64,000 bases of DNA from Myxococcales bacterium (GCA_009692465.1 SHZD01000003.1:15121-79120); one strand, 5' to 3'. Shown: positions 20,394 through 30,719, counted from the stretch's first letter. Numbers and translations are program-made. Notes: a model not told the origin generated them from the letters alone.

Positions 20394-20623
20394 GACTAGC
20401 GGCGGGTGTCGTAAGTGCGCGGTCTATCTGCGAAAAGTGCGGAGCTTTGAGCGGCAGGCAGTGCTGCGAGTAAACACCTATTGAGCAAGCAATGGGCTGG
20501 CGCACCAAGATCGGCGAGATCGGGCACCAACGCTGAGTATGCCTGTGGCAGCGTGATGGTCAACTGGCGAGTTTTGCGCGCACGATTTGGTCGGGTTATG
20601 GCGACTTGCCACGGACCCGACCG

Positions 20624-21661
20624 CTACCGACCGCGCGCGCTCGCCAAGTCAGGCACCAGATCGGCGACCATCCGGCCCAACAGCGTGGTGCGGGTGTGCG
20701 CCTGCAGCCACGCCAAGTCGACCCGCCGACCTAAGCGCCGCTGCACTACCGAGTCGTACAGATGGGCGGCATAGGCAAGCGGATCGGGCACATCGCCCAG
20801 TTCAGCGTGCGGATCGTGGGCGACGTAGTCGGCGCAGATTTCGGGCCCAAGCGGATAGAACGCGTGGGGCGGCAGGACCTCGCAGGGCAGTGCAGTGGTA
20901 GCCGGGGTTGAACGGTTGCCGGTTTGACGCTCCCACAGCCGCGGCCCCAGTTCGTACAGGCGGCTGGCTTGCTCGGCCGGCAGTTGAGCAGCAGCCGCGC
21001 ACAGCGCCTGCACCATCGGCGCCGCGATCTCCGCGCCAAACACTGCATTATTACACGATAAATGAAAATGAGCCGCGACTTTTGCAAAGCGCTGACCAGC
21101 ACCCTGCCGCAGCGCGATAGCGTGCCGCACCGCCAGCAAGGCTGCCGCTCGGGCCCAACGCAGCGGGTTTTTCGAGGCATAGAGCGCAGCCGGCAGCGCC
21201 ACGTACTCCAAGCCGACAAAGCTCGAAAAACTGAACAGCGGAGCGAAACTGCGCAGCACAATGGCATCGCTGTCTAGGTACACGCCGCCGTGAGCGCGCA
21301 CGATCCGCAACCGCCACACGTCGGCCCGGGCGGCCGGACTCGGCAGGGTGGCGCACAAGTGACGCAAGCGCAGTTCGTCCGTTTGGGTCGACGCTGCGCG
21401 GTCGAGATCCGCCAAATCATGCAGTTGCAGGCCAGCATCCCGCAACGCGTTCATACTATTGTCGATTTTTAGAACGGCCGGCTCGCACCACAGCCGCACC
21501 GAGCTAAACCCGCCGCGACGCTGAGCCGACGCGATGGCCAGCCACCCCAGATCGGGTAGCTGCGGTCCGAGCCAGACAAAATGGGCGATCGGCGGGATCA
21601 ACGGCACCGGACGAGAATCCGCGCTAGTCGGCGCTGCCGCGGTGTGATCAGGCTGGTGCAC
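20624..21661 (-). CDS. glycosyltransferase family 32-like (DXD sugar-binding region)
   Basis: IPPIAHFVWLG and ADVWRLRIVRAHGGVYLDSD match Gly_transf_sug (OCH1-like). Its start overlaps the upstream GT4 stop. Confidence 0.65.
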   Translation of the reverse strand: MHQPDHTAAAPTSADSRPVPLIPPIAHFVWLGPQLPDLGWLAIASAQRRGGFSSVRLWCEPAVLKIDNSMNALRDAGLQLHDLADLDRAASTQTDELRLRHLCATLPSPAARADVWRLRIVRAHGGVYLDSDAIVLRSFAPLFSFSSFVGLEYVALPAALYASKNPLRWARAAALLAVRHAIALRQGAGQRFAKVAAHFHLSCNNAVFGAEIAAPMVQALCAAAAQLPAEQASRLYELGPRLWERQTGNRSTPATTALPCEVLPPHAFYPLGPEICADYVAHDPHAELGDVPDPLAYAAHLYDSVVQRRLGRRVDLAWLQAHTRTTLLGRMVADLVPDLASARGR

Positions 21662-22853
21662 TGGCTGTGGAGCGGGCGTTCAGGGCCAGATCGTACAAGT
21701 GCAGCCATTTTTGCACGCAAGCGTCCCAGTCGGCATTTTTGCGCGCCCACACTTCGCCGGCAGCGCCTAAGCGCCGACCGAGTTCAGGGTCGTCGTAGAT
21801 GCGGTTGATGGCATCGATGATGGCGCCCTGATCGCCCTTGCCGCCCAAAATGCCGCCGCGCTCGCCGCTCTTGATTACGCCGGTGTAGGCCGACAGATTC
21901 CACGCGATCACAGGCACTTGGACGGCGAACAGCTCCAAGAATGTCGAAGGCACGCCGTCGGCCTCGGGCATCGACACCGCTGCTTCCGCCATCGCGTACA
22001 GGGCCGGCAGCTGCTCGTAGGGCATGCGCGGGGCCAGCTTGACCCGATCGCGAACGCCACGCGACTTGGCTAAGCCCATGACAATATCCAAGTATTCTTC
22101 TTCGCTGGCCTTGCCGTGTTGCTTGATGACCAGTACCCCTTGCTCGGGCCACTTGCTCATTGCAAACGCCGCAACGATGCGATCAATGTGGTAATGCTTG
22201 GCAAGTTGGCGCGGACTGAGCAGAACGCGCTCGTGGGCGGCAATCCCGAGCTGCTGCCGAAGCTGCGCCGTTTCCTCCTGCACCCGATTGCGATCAAAAA
22301 TGCCGAGATCGACGCCCCAAAACACCAGTTCGCGCGGCGCCCGATTGGCACCCATCCGTGCTTCGGCCTTCTTGAGCAAGGGCACACTGTCCGCCGTCAC
22401 CGCCGCCGCTCCCTGCAAAATGCGATCGACGGACGCCTCATGGGTGGCCGAGCGATGAAAAACCTCGCGATTGAGGTCCGAACCCCACGCCGTCACCACC
22501 GCCGGCGGCGCTTGAGGCAACGTCCATAACTCGCGGTGGGGCAAGATGAAGTTGACGTGGACCAGATCGATTTTGGCTTCCTTGGCCTTGGCCAGCAACA
22601 GCTTAGTCCGCAGGGGGCCCAGCCACTGGGGCATGCTGGTCATGGCCTCGGCGGTTACGCCAAATTCATCGCACAATTGCGCAATAATCTTAGGCGCATC
22701 TAGCACAATTACCTGATGGCCGCGCTGGACCAACGCCGCACCAAGCCGGGCCTGTTGGGGCGCTGCTGGATCGCCGTCAAGCAGGACCCGCAACGAGCGG
22801 AAAGTGGGCGACTGGGGCGTATTTAGGTCTGAAGATTGCAGGGTTACGCTCAC
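21648..22853 (-). CDS. glycosyltransferase family 4 (GT-B fold)
   Basis: C-terminal GT4 signature (..E.FG..VLEAMA..PVIA...GG..E..). 401 aa. Overlaps the GT32 gene. Confidence 0.7.
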   Translation of the reverse strand: MSVTLQSSDLNTPQSPTFRSLRVLLDGDPAAPQQARLGAALVQRGHQVIVLDAPKIIAQLCDEFGVTAEAMTSMPQWLGPLRTKLLLAKAKEAKIDLVHVNFILPHRELWTLPQAPPAVVTAWGSDLNREVFHRSATHEASVDRILQGAAAVTADSVPLLKKAEARMGANRAPRELVFWGVDLGIFDRNRVQEETAQLRQQLGIAAHERVLLSPRQLAKHYHIDRIVAAFAMSKWPEQGVLVIKQHGKASEEEYLDIVMGLAKSRGVRDRVKLAPRMPYEQLPALYAMAEAAVSMPEADGVPSTFLELFAVQVPVIAWNLSAYTGVIKSGERGGILGGKGDQGAIIDAINRIYDDPELGRRLGAAGEVWARKNADWDACVQKWLHLYDLALNARSTASAPA

Positions 22854-22930
22854 AACTCGCGGGCAGTGGGGGCCGTACGGGCGCAGATTCTATCGGGGCA
22901 ATGCGCTTGGGCGCAAGTCGGCAAAAACAC

Positions 22931-22952
22931 GGTGGTACCCATTGAACAACAG
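22931..22952 (-). repeat. Family A motif, copy 6, reverse orientation, in a divergent promoter region
   Basis: The reverse complement is CCTGTTGTTCAATGGGTACCACC. Confidence 0.6.
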
Positions 22953-23061
22953 GCTAGTATTATGCATGTTTTTGCCGACGCGCCGCCGTTTTTGCAGTCG
23001 AGCTTGGCCGTCGCGCCCGGCGGGTTGAGGAATTCTGGCGCCCGCCCTACCCTGCGCGACT

Positions 23062-24621
23062 ATGGAATTGTACACCTGCTCAGCCACCCAATTGCAGCAC
23101 TTGCTGGCCACCGGCCAAACAAGTTCTGTCGAAATTGTCCAAGCTCTGATCGCTCGGCGCGCCGCTGTCGATGATCGCATCGGCGCCTTCGTGGTGACCA
23201 TGGATAGTGCTGCGCTCGAAAAAGCCGGACTCTGCGACGCCGAGCGCAAAGCGGGCACGGCAACCGGCGCTTTGCACGGTTTGCCACTCACAATCAAGGA
23301 AAACATCGACATCGCCGGCCACGACTCGACCATGGGGCTGCGCCACCGTCAGGGCCGGCCAGCGACCACGGATGCGGTTACAGTGCAGCAAATCAAAGCC
23401 GCCAACGCAGTGCTCTTGGGCAAGACCAATGTGCCACAGTTGCTGCTGGCTCAGGAGAGCGAAAACATTATATGGGGAATCACCCGTAATCCTTGGAATT
23501 TAAAGCGCTCTCCCGGCGGATCTTCGGGCGGCGAAGCGGCAGCGATTGCTTCGGGTCAATCACCGATGGGCATTGGCACCGATATCGGCGGTTCGATTCG
23601 CATTCCGTGCCATTTCTGCGGCATCGCGGGGCTCAAGCCAACTGTAGATCGGTGGAGCAACCGCGGCTCGCAAACGGGCATCGCCGGTCAAGAACTGGTG
23701 CGGGCCCAAATGGGGCCGATGGCGCGCAAAGTCGCCGATTTGGCGCTACTGATGCGAGCGGTCGATCCGCAGGCCGCAAGTCGCTGCGATCCGGCGGTGC
23801 CGCCGCTGCCCGCGCCCGAGCTGAATCAAGTAGATCTCAAGGGTTTGCGGGTGGGTATCTGCGAGGATGACGGCTTTTTGCCGGCCAACCCGGCGATTGT
23901 GCGGGCGGTGCGCCAAGCCAAGGCGGCGCTGCAAGCTGCGGGTGCCACGGCAGTCGACTTTTGTCCGCCGGCCCCCGAGCTGCTGTATGTGTGGCTGGCG
24001 GGCATTTCAAGCGACGGCGGGGCGACGTTGCGCGCCAGTCTGGGTAGCGATCCGGTGGTGCGCCAACTGACCACCACCATGAAAATTGCCCAATTACCTG
24101 GTTTTGCCCGCGCAATGCTAGCGAAGTTCATGCGGGCAAAGCGCGACGACCGCATGGCCAAGTTGCTCGACGCCTTGGGCGAGAAATCGGTGGCTACCTA
24201 CTGGCAACTCACGGATCGGCGGACCCAATTGCGGCGGGCCGAGTTTGACGCCTGGAACGCCGCCGGTCTGGACGCGGTGGTCTGTCCGCCGCACGCGCTG
24301 CCTGCGATGCCGCTCGGGACTTCGGGTGACCTAACGCTGTCGCTGAGCTATGCGTTTCGCTACGTGATGCTCAATTTTCCGGCGGGCGTGGTGCCGGTGA
24401 CCCGGGTCAAAGAGGGCGAAGCGGTGCGCCTTTTTCCGCGCGATCGCCTAGAAATCGCCTGCGCCAGCGCTGAACAGGAAAGTGAAGGCTTGCCGGTCGG
24501 CGTGCAAGTCGCGGCGCGACCGTACCGCGAAGATGTAGTGTTGGCGGTGATGCAGGCGATTGAAACCGGCGTGCAGGACCACCTGCTGTATCCGTGTGGG
24601 CCGGTGGAACCTTTAGGCTAA
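23062..24621 (+). CDS. amidase (amidase-signature family)
   Basis: GGSSGGEAAAIA...GTDIGGSIRIP amidase signature with the Ser-cisSer-Lys triad context. 519 aa. Confidence 0.8.
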   Translation: MELYTCSATQLQHLLATGQTSSVEIVQALIARRAAVDDRIGAFVVTMDSAALEKAGLCDAERKAGTATGALHGLPLTIKENIDIAGHDSTMGLRHRQGRPATTDAVTVQQIKAANAVLLGKTNVPQLLLAQESENIIWGITRNPWNLKRSPGGSSGGEAAAIASGQSPMGIGTDIGGSIRIPCHFCGIAGLKPTVDRWSNRGSQTGIAGQELVRAQMGPMARKVADLALLMRAVDPQAASRCDPAVPPLPAPELNQVDLKGLRVGICEDDGFLPANPAIVRAVRQAKAALQAAGATAVDFCPPAPELLYVWLAGISSDGGATLRASLGSDPVVRQLTTTMKIAQLPGFARAMLAKFMRAKRDDRMAKLLDALGEKSVATYWQLTDRRTQLRRAEFDAWNAAGLDAVVCPPHALPAMPLGTSGDLTLSLSYAFRYVMLNFPAGVVPVTRVKEGEAVRLFPRDRLEIACASAEQESEGLPVGVQVAARPYREDVVLAVMQAIETGVQDHLLYPCGPVEPLG

Positions 24622-24744
24622 CGCTACCGCAGATTCGATGGTGAATTTGGGCAAACCGGCTGCGACGGTGCTTCGCTGCCCAGCGTGGACATGCGTAACC
24701 CGCGCTCAACGGTCTACAGACCTGACCAATTAGAGCCCTGTCGG

Positions 24745-24990
24745 ATGGAATTCCCCAACAAAACCGGAGCGGCGTGACGCCAACCCGCAGGCCATTGACC
24801 AAGTGCCGCACGCTCGCGACCGACGAAACAAGCACCGACACGCCGAGCAAATGCCATTCGTTCGGCTCTCTAGCTAGAAACTTGGGGGCGCGCCGCCCCC
24901 AAACCCCCGCGGTGGTCCGCAGCTGCGGCCCACATTTCACATGCCGCTCAAGGAGTTTCATGCATCGTGGCTGCCGATTTGGCGGCATCC
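24745..24990 (-). repeat. Composite Family D (24745-24870) plus Family E (24860-24990) dispersed repeats
   Basis: The D part matches 3140-3262. The E part is ~95% identical to 30720-30855 in opposite orientation and contains the hairpin GGGGGCGGCGCGCCCCC. Confidence 0.7.
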
Positions 24991-24998
24991 GGAACTCT

Positions 24999-26921
24999 CT
25001 AGATTGGCCCCTTGCCGCACGAACCGCCCGGCTTGCCGGTCAAACAGCCCGCCAACCCGCTGCACGTAATCCCGCCAAAGCACATAGGATCTGGCTTAGG
25101 ACTGAGATTGGCCAACAAGCAACTCATAGGATCGCCGGCCGGTCCACCGCCGCCGCCGCCGGACTGTTTGCAACAAGTCGTCGGCAGGCCGGGCAATGGC
25201 AGCGGCGATTGGCAGTCTTTGCTTTGCGGGTCCTTGCTACAGTCACAGTTGGCGATCGTCGGCACTAGGGCTTTGAGTAGGTCGCACGCCTTGTCGTACT
25301 CCCAGCCATTGCCGCCGCCGCTGCTGCTGCCGCCGCCGGTGCCACACGTACACTGCATGGCATTGGCGGCCGGTGGTCCGCCGCCGCTGGGCAAGCCGGG
25401 AGGAAGGCCGCCGCCGCCGAACAGGTCCGACGCCAACTCGCAATTGGAGCCGACCGCCGCGTTGCAAAACGCCACGATATTGTCGCACTTGCCGGCGGTG
25501 TCAAAGCACAAGCCAGTCTTGGTGTCGCATTGCAGGCTAAAGGTGTTGTTGGGATCGTTTTTGCAGTCTCCATCGGCCTTGCAGGTGCCGTTCTTGGGCC
25601 CGATGCCGCCGGTGCTGCCACTCGAACCGGCGCAGGTATACGACTTGGGCGAGCAGGTGCCCTTGCTTTTCTTGGCGCAGTCATCGTCGATGGTGCATTC
25701 CACGCAACTCCAGGTGCCGTTTTGCTCGACGCAGCCGGGGTAATCGCCGCCGCACACTGAGCATTCGTTGCTCGACGACGACTTCTCGCAGATGTTGCTT
25801 TGCAAGTTGCACTTGGGGCCGCCGGTGCTGCCGGTGCAATGGGTGTCGTTGGTGCACTCGACGCACTCGCCGGTGTCTTTCTTCTTGATCTTGTTGGCCG
25901 GTTTGTTGGCGGGCGGGCAAGTGGCGGCCGTCACGCAGGTGTAGCTGTTCAAGTTACAGGTGCCGTTGTTGGGGCAATCGGCATTCTTGCTGCATTCTTG
26001 GCAGACCCCGGCAATGCACTTGCCCTTGCAACTGGCGCAGGCGCTGGTGCAGTTGGGCCCGTAGCAGCACTTGGTGGCGGCAAACGCACAGGCCTTGGTG
26101 GCTTCGCTGACGTACGACACGCAAGTCGAATTATCGGGGCAGGCTTGGCCGCCGCTGCAGTCGGGCGAGCACACCTTTTCGCTGCCGAATTTGACGCAGC
26201 GCAGGCCGTTGTCGCAATCCTTGTCCTGCAGGCACGATTCGCACGTCTTCTTGCTGGCCAAGCACGCCGGTGGATTAGTCTTGAAGTTGCACTTTTCGCC
26301 GTTGGGGCAGCCGGTGGTGGCGCAGCCTTTGCAATCGTAGCTGTTGAGCACGCAGTACTTTTGGTCGCCGGCCGACGCTTTGTCGCAGATGTAGCCGGGG
26401 GTGCAATCGGCGACCGACGCGCATTTCTTGGCGCAAAAGGTGCCGCTGAGCAAGTTGACGCACGAAAAATCGGCGCTGCACTCGTTGCCGGTCGGGGTAC
26501 ACACCTTGCATGAGTTGTCGGGCCCGCTTGTGCTGCCGGTGTCGGCTTTGACCGCGGTGTCGTTGACCGTCGCCGCGTCCAAGTTGGTGCCGTTGTCAGT
26601 CGCCGCAACGCCATCCGCGCCAACCGTCCCGGTATCGCCACCATCGGCGTTCGAGCCGGCGTCGCCGCCGCTGCCGTCCTTGGTGGTGCCGGCAAATTTG
26701 GCCACGCATTGCTTCTTGACGGTGTCGCAGGTAAAACCCAGCTCGCAATCGCCTTGGGTTACGCAGCTTTGCGCGCCGGCTGCTGTGCCACCGGTGCCGC
26801 TGGGCGTGTCGCTAGCACTGCATGCGGACAGGGCCGATGCCGCGAAAACAGCCAAGCTGAGCGCCAAGAACTGGCGGTCCGGCGAACAATTGGTCCAAAG
26901 GGCGCGTAGCGACGAGATCAT
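24999..26921 (-). CDS. Cys/Gly/Thr/Lys-rich secreted lipoprotein with repeated C..D.DC modules
   Basis: Start chosen at MISSLRALW, with lipobox LSAC. About 14% Cys with a regular spacing. No catalytic motif recognised. Confidence 0.6.
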   Translation of the reverse strand: MISSLRALWTNCSPDRQFLALSLAVFAASALSACSASDTPSGTGGTAAGAQSCVTQGDCELGFTCDTVKKQCVAKFAGTTKDGSGGDAGSNADGGDTGTVGADGVAATDNGTNLDAATVNDTAVKADTGSTSGPDNSCKVCTPTGNECSADFSCVNLLSGTFCAKKCASVADCTPGYICDKASAGDQKYCVLNSYDCKGCATTGCPNGEKCNFKTNPPACLASKKTCESCLQDKDCDNGLRCVKFGSEKVCSPDCSGGQACPDNSTCVSYVSEATKACAFAATKCCYGPNCTSACASCKGKCIAGVCQECSKNADCPNNGTCNLNSYTCVTAATCPPANKPANKIKKKDTGECVECTNDTHCTGSTGGPKCNLQSNICEKSSSSNECSVCGGDYPGCVEQNGTWSCVECTIDDDCAKKSKGTCSPKSYTCAGSSGSTGGIGPKNGTCKADGDCKNDPNNTFSLQCDTKTGLCFDTAGKCDNIVAFCNAAVGSNCELASDLFGGGGLPPGLPSGGGPPAANAMQCTCGTGGGSSSGGGNGWEYDKACDLLKALVPTIANCDCSKDPQSKDCQSPLPLPGLPTTCCKQSGGGGGGPAGDPMSCLLANLSPKPDPMCFGGITCSGLAGCLTGKPGGSCGKGPI

Positions 26922-27069
26922 GGCACACTCCAAGGTCAACGCCCCCAAAAGGCGCCCCAGTACTGTAAGCAATCTAGGGCAATACCCGCAACTGCACAAT
27001 TGCGCACTGGGGTCAGGTGTTCCATTGCGCCTGTTGGTCGCTGAACGCAGGTGCGCTACGGTAGGCGCG

Positions 27070-28161
27070 ATGTCGGCGCCAGATGCCATTGTTGCGGCCA
27101 ATTGCTTTGCAGTCTTGCGCGGTGCCGTTGCGAACGTTCGCACTTGGCTCGATCGCCATCAGCCCGCTGGGGTGATCGCGGTGCGCGGGGTGACGCTGGC
27201 GCACTGGGGGGCGCACTGCGGGGCGCATGAATGCGCCGATGGGCGCTCTGTCGGCTGTTTCGACGGCGTGCTGTTGAACGCCGATGTGATTCGAGCCGGC
27301 CTCGTCGAGCGCGGTCACTCGGCCCACCACTGGACCCATGCAGCGCTGGCGATCGAAACGGTGGCGGCCCACGGCCCCAACGGCGTTGGCCTGTTGCGCT
27401 GGCACGGCGCGCTGGCGGTGCTGCATCGTGCGCAGGCGGCGGTGCTGGTGGCGCGCGATCTGGTCGGGGTGGGCTGGCTGGGCTGGACCGAACTGGACGA
27501 CGGTGCCGAGCTGGTGTGTAGCGATCCGCGCCGCGATGGGCCGACGGTGACCGCGGTGCCACCGGGGGCGATAGCCGTGGTGGACGCCAGCGTAACGACT
27601 CAGCCTAAATTCACGATCCTGCCGCACAATCAGGCTTTTTTGCGACAAATTCCGGACCAAATCCGATCGATGGACGCCCAGCAGGCGGCGTCCCATGTCG
27701 CCGAGCTGTTGCAGCACAGCCTAGTGGCCCATGGACAGGCGTTTGGCGACATCGACACCAGCGCGGTGGCTGACCATCGATGGCTGACCCAGTATGCCGG
27801 CGAGTGGCTCAGTGCTGCGCGCTCACCAGCGCCGCCACCTGCGGTATGGACGCCCGTCGGTCTGCACGACACCACAGGTGCGCAAGATGCTAAGATTTGC
27901 AAACGCCAGCCGAATTTGCGCGATGATGGTCCGTGGGAGCCGCTGGTAGGCACCTGCCCAAGTGATCGGCGCGAACGCTTGTGGCGCCACCAGATCATGC
28001 CCGACGGTGTACTGCGTCAGGCCCGGGTACAGGCGCTGCAGACGGGAGCGGCACTGTGCGCCCCGCATCTGGATCCGGCGCTGCTGGCACTGCTAGGTGC
28101 CCTTGAGCCCTCCATTCGGCCACCGCTGTTGGGTGTGCCTGCGCCTGCGGTTGACAGCTAG
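27070..28161 (+). CDS. hypothetical protein
   Basis: 364-aa ORF with strong GC3 bias. I truncated the 26401 ORF to the first Met outside the overlap with the convergent gene. No recognisable domain. Confidence 0.35.
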   Translation: MSAPDAIVAANCFAVLRGAVANVRTWLDRHQPAGVIAVRGVTLAHWGAHCGAHECADGRSVGCFDGVLLNADVIRAGLVERGHSAHHWTHAALAIETVAAHGPNGVGLLRWHGALAVLHRAQAAVLVARDLVGVGWLGWTELDDGAELVCSDPRRDGPTVTAVPPGAIAVVDASVTTQPKFTILPHNQAFLRQIPDQIRSMDAQQAASHVAELLQHSLVAHGQAFGDIDTSAVADHRWLTQYAGEWLSAARSPAPPPAVWTPVGLHDTTGAQDAKICKRQPNLRDDGPWEPLVGTCPSDRRERLWRHQIMPDGVLRQARVQALQTGAALCAPHLDPALLALLGALEPSIRPPLLGVPAPAVDS

Positions 28162-28242
28162 ACCGCGCTGGTATCGTATGCGCAGCGGTTTGCGGCACCC
28201 GACGCAAGCTAAGTACGCCAAACCGCTCTTGCGACTGCCTGC

Positions 28243-28445
28243 CTAAGGGCCGGTGCAAAATCAGGTCGATTTTGCACTTTGGCCCACTGCTTGCTTGGTT
28301 GGCCCACTGCTTGCTTGGTTGGCCCACTGCTTGCTTGGTTGGCCCACTGCTTGCTTGGTTGGCCCGCTAACTCGCGGCTTTGCAAGCCGCCTGCACGCCC
28401 CGTTCCTATCGCGGATCGATCGAGTAATTCTTACACAGGCCCTAA
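28243..28445 (+). mobile_element. MITE Family B copy 2, with an internal 4x 20-bp tandem expansion (GGCCCACTGCTTGCTTGGTT, 28281-28360)
   Basis: Same TIRs and internal palindromes as the other copies. Ends 35 bp before the ATG of the downstream gene. Confidence 0.75.
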
Positions 28446-28480
28446 TTCGTGCCCGTCGCCTGCCCGCTTGAGGACCGCAC

Positions 28481-30719
28481 TATGTCCCATCCCGCCGATT
28501 GGCCCGCCGCCGGTGCCATCGACCTCGGCATTCACGACTTGCCACATGCGTCATCGTCCACCGAATGGTGGTACGTCAACGGCCATTTCACCACGGCAAC
28601 CGAGCGCAAACTCAGCATTTTCGCGGCGTTTTTTCGAGTTATCAAGGGGCGAGACCCGGTCACCGGTGAATTGCTGTACGCCCACTCGGTGACGTGGGCG
28701 TTGAGCGACCCGGCTGGTGGCCACTATTGGCACGAATCGCGGGTCGATAAGGACGCGCCGGCCATGGGCATCGCCCGCATCGATCGCGGTGAAGGCGTTC
28801 GCGACGCGCGCTTGCGCCGGGCGATGAAAGAAGTGCTGGTCAAGGGTAAAGTGCCGTATCCAGACCAGATTTTTGGCGGCGATGTCTACGTGGACAAGCG
28901 CCAATTGGATCTGGACTTCGATGGCCTGCGCTTTTGGAAGGACGACGCAGGAGCCTACCACCTGCATTTGCGCAACAACCACGTCGCGGTCGGCGCGGAC
29001 TTGGTGTTGGTGCCGCGCAAACCGGCGGTGCGCCACGGCCAAGACGGTGTAGTGAAAGGTGTTTCAGGCGAGGACATGTTCTACTACTTTTTGCCGCGCT
29101 GCGATCTGGCAGGCGAGGTGCTGCTGCCCGGCGGAGTCGAAGCGCTCAGCCAAGGCAGCGGTTGGTACGACCACGAGTTCGGCCTGCACGAAGGCAAGAC
29201 CACCAGTATGGGCGACCGCAAAAACGGTCAAGAAATTGGTTGGAATTGGCTGGGCATTCAGCTTGACGACGGCCGCGAACTGTCCGCGTATCGGATGGTC
29301 GACGAACACACGGGTGAATCGGTGGGACAGTTGGCAGTGCTGGTCGATAGCGACGGCAATCGCCAAGCGTGGCCAGACTTTACCCTGATCGGCGACCAAG
29401 TGTGGACCAGCACCCGTACCTTTGCCGACTATCCGACGCGCTGGCGCGTGCATGTGCCGCAGGCGGGCATCGACATTGTCGCCACCGCCACGTTGAACGA
29501 TCAGGAATTCATCACCGTCATCAGTAAGCCTGCGTTTTGGGAAGGTCGGTGCGCCGCCCAAGGGACGATCGACGGCGCCGCCGTGACGGGTTTGGCCTAC
29601 TTGGAGCACAGCGGGCAGTTGACGATTGCCGATCTCGACGGCTTTTTTTCGGCGGTTGGCCGCCAAGTACTCAAAAGCGTGGACAAACTGGCCCCTCACG
29701 AGCCTAGTTGGGAGCAGGTGCGCGACCTAGTGGCCAGTCCGCAGCGGCCGCAGTACATGCAGGGCGTGGATGTCGACCAGTTTACCCGCACCATGATCAA
29801 GCCGGTGCGCGAAATCGTCGATCGCGGCGGCAAGTCGTGGCGGTCGTACGCGGCGTTGGCGTGTTGCGATATTGTCGGCGGCGATTCGCGGTTGTATGTG
29901 CAGTGGTTGGCGATGCCGGAGCTGATGCACGTCGGCTCGCTGATCGTCGACGATGTGCAGGACAAATCGACTATTCGGCGCGGCGGGCCGACCGCCCATC
30001 TGGTATACGGCGAGGCGCTGGCAATTAATGCGGGCACTGCGTGTTACTTCATGGGCCAAAAGCTGTTGACTGGGCGGCACATGTCAGCCGCGAACAAATT
30101 GCGCTTGTATGACCTGTACTTTGAGAGTTTGCGTGCGGGCCATGCCGGTCAGGCGCTCGACTTGGACGGTCTGGACGCCCAAATGCCGGCGGTGGTGCAG
30201 AGCGGCGGCGGTGACTGGCTGGAGGAGCGCGTGTTGGCCGTGCATCGACTTAAAACCGCAGTGCCCGCAGCGAGTTTAGCGCGAATGGGCGCAGTAGTCG
30301 GCGGCGGCACCGAGGCCCAGATCGAGGGCGTCGGATTGTTTTTCGAGTCGGTCGGCTTGGCCTTTCAGATTATCGATGATGTGCTCAATCTGCGTGGTTT
30401 TAAAGGCGATCTCAAGGCCCGCGGCGAAGACATTGCCCACGGCAAAGTGACCTTGCCGGTGGCAAAAGCGATGGCCCGGCTGGAGCAAAGCGACCGCGCT
30501 TGGTTATGGCAGTGCGTGGCGCAAAAAAGTGATGACCAAAGCCAGATCGACGCCGTCATCGCCAAACTCGAAGCCTGCGGTGCGATTGACGCCTGTGCGC
30601 AGCAAGCGCGCGATTTGGTAGAAAGTGCGTGGCAGACCCTCGATCCACTGGTGGAGGATTCGCTGCCCAAGGTCATGCTGCGGGCGTTTGGTTGGTATGT
30701 GCTCGAGCGCCATTATTGA
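28481..30719 (+). CDS. fusion protein: N-terminal AttH/CrtC-like (hydroxyneurosporene synthase / lipocalin-like hydratase) domain plus C-terminal polyprenyl diphosphate synthase (GGPP synthase-like)
   Basis: Start at the ATG with a GAGGA Shine-Dalgarno 7 nt upstream. The N-terminal ~400 aa carry the EWWYVNGHF block typical of the AttH/CrtC family. The C-terminal ~330 aa carry FARM LIVDDVQD and a second motif FQIIDDVLN (DDxxN rather than DDxxD). Confidence 0.6.

Noticed and set aside
24407-24988. ORFs beginning MPPNRQPRCMKLLERH (also at 30729-30911)
   Set aside because: They lie inside the Family E repeat copies. The shared peptide is a by-product of repeat sequence identity, not a conserved gene.
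26401-28161. 586-aa plus-strand ORF as a single gene
   Set aside because: Its first 520 nt overlap the convergent Cys-rich lipoprotein gene on the opposite strand. I kept only the portion from the first Met after the overlap (27070), and even that at low confidence.
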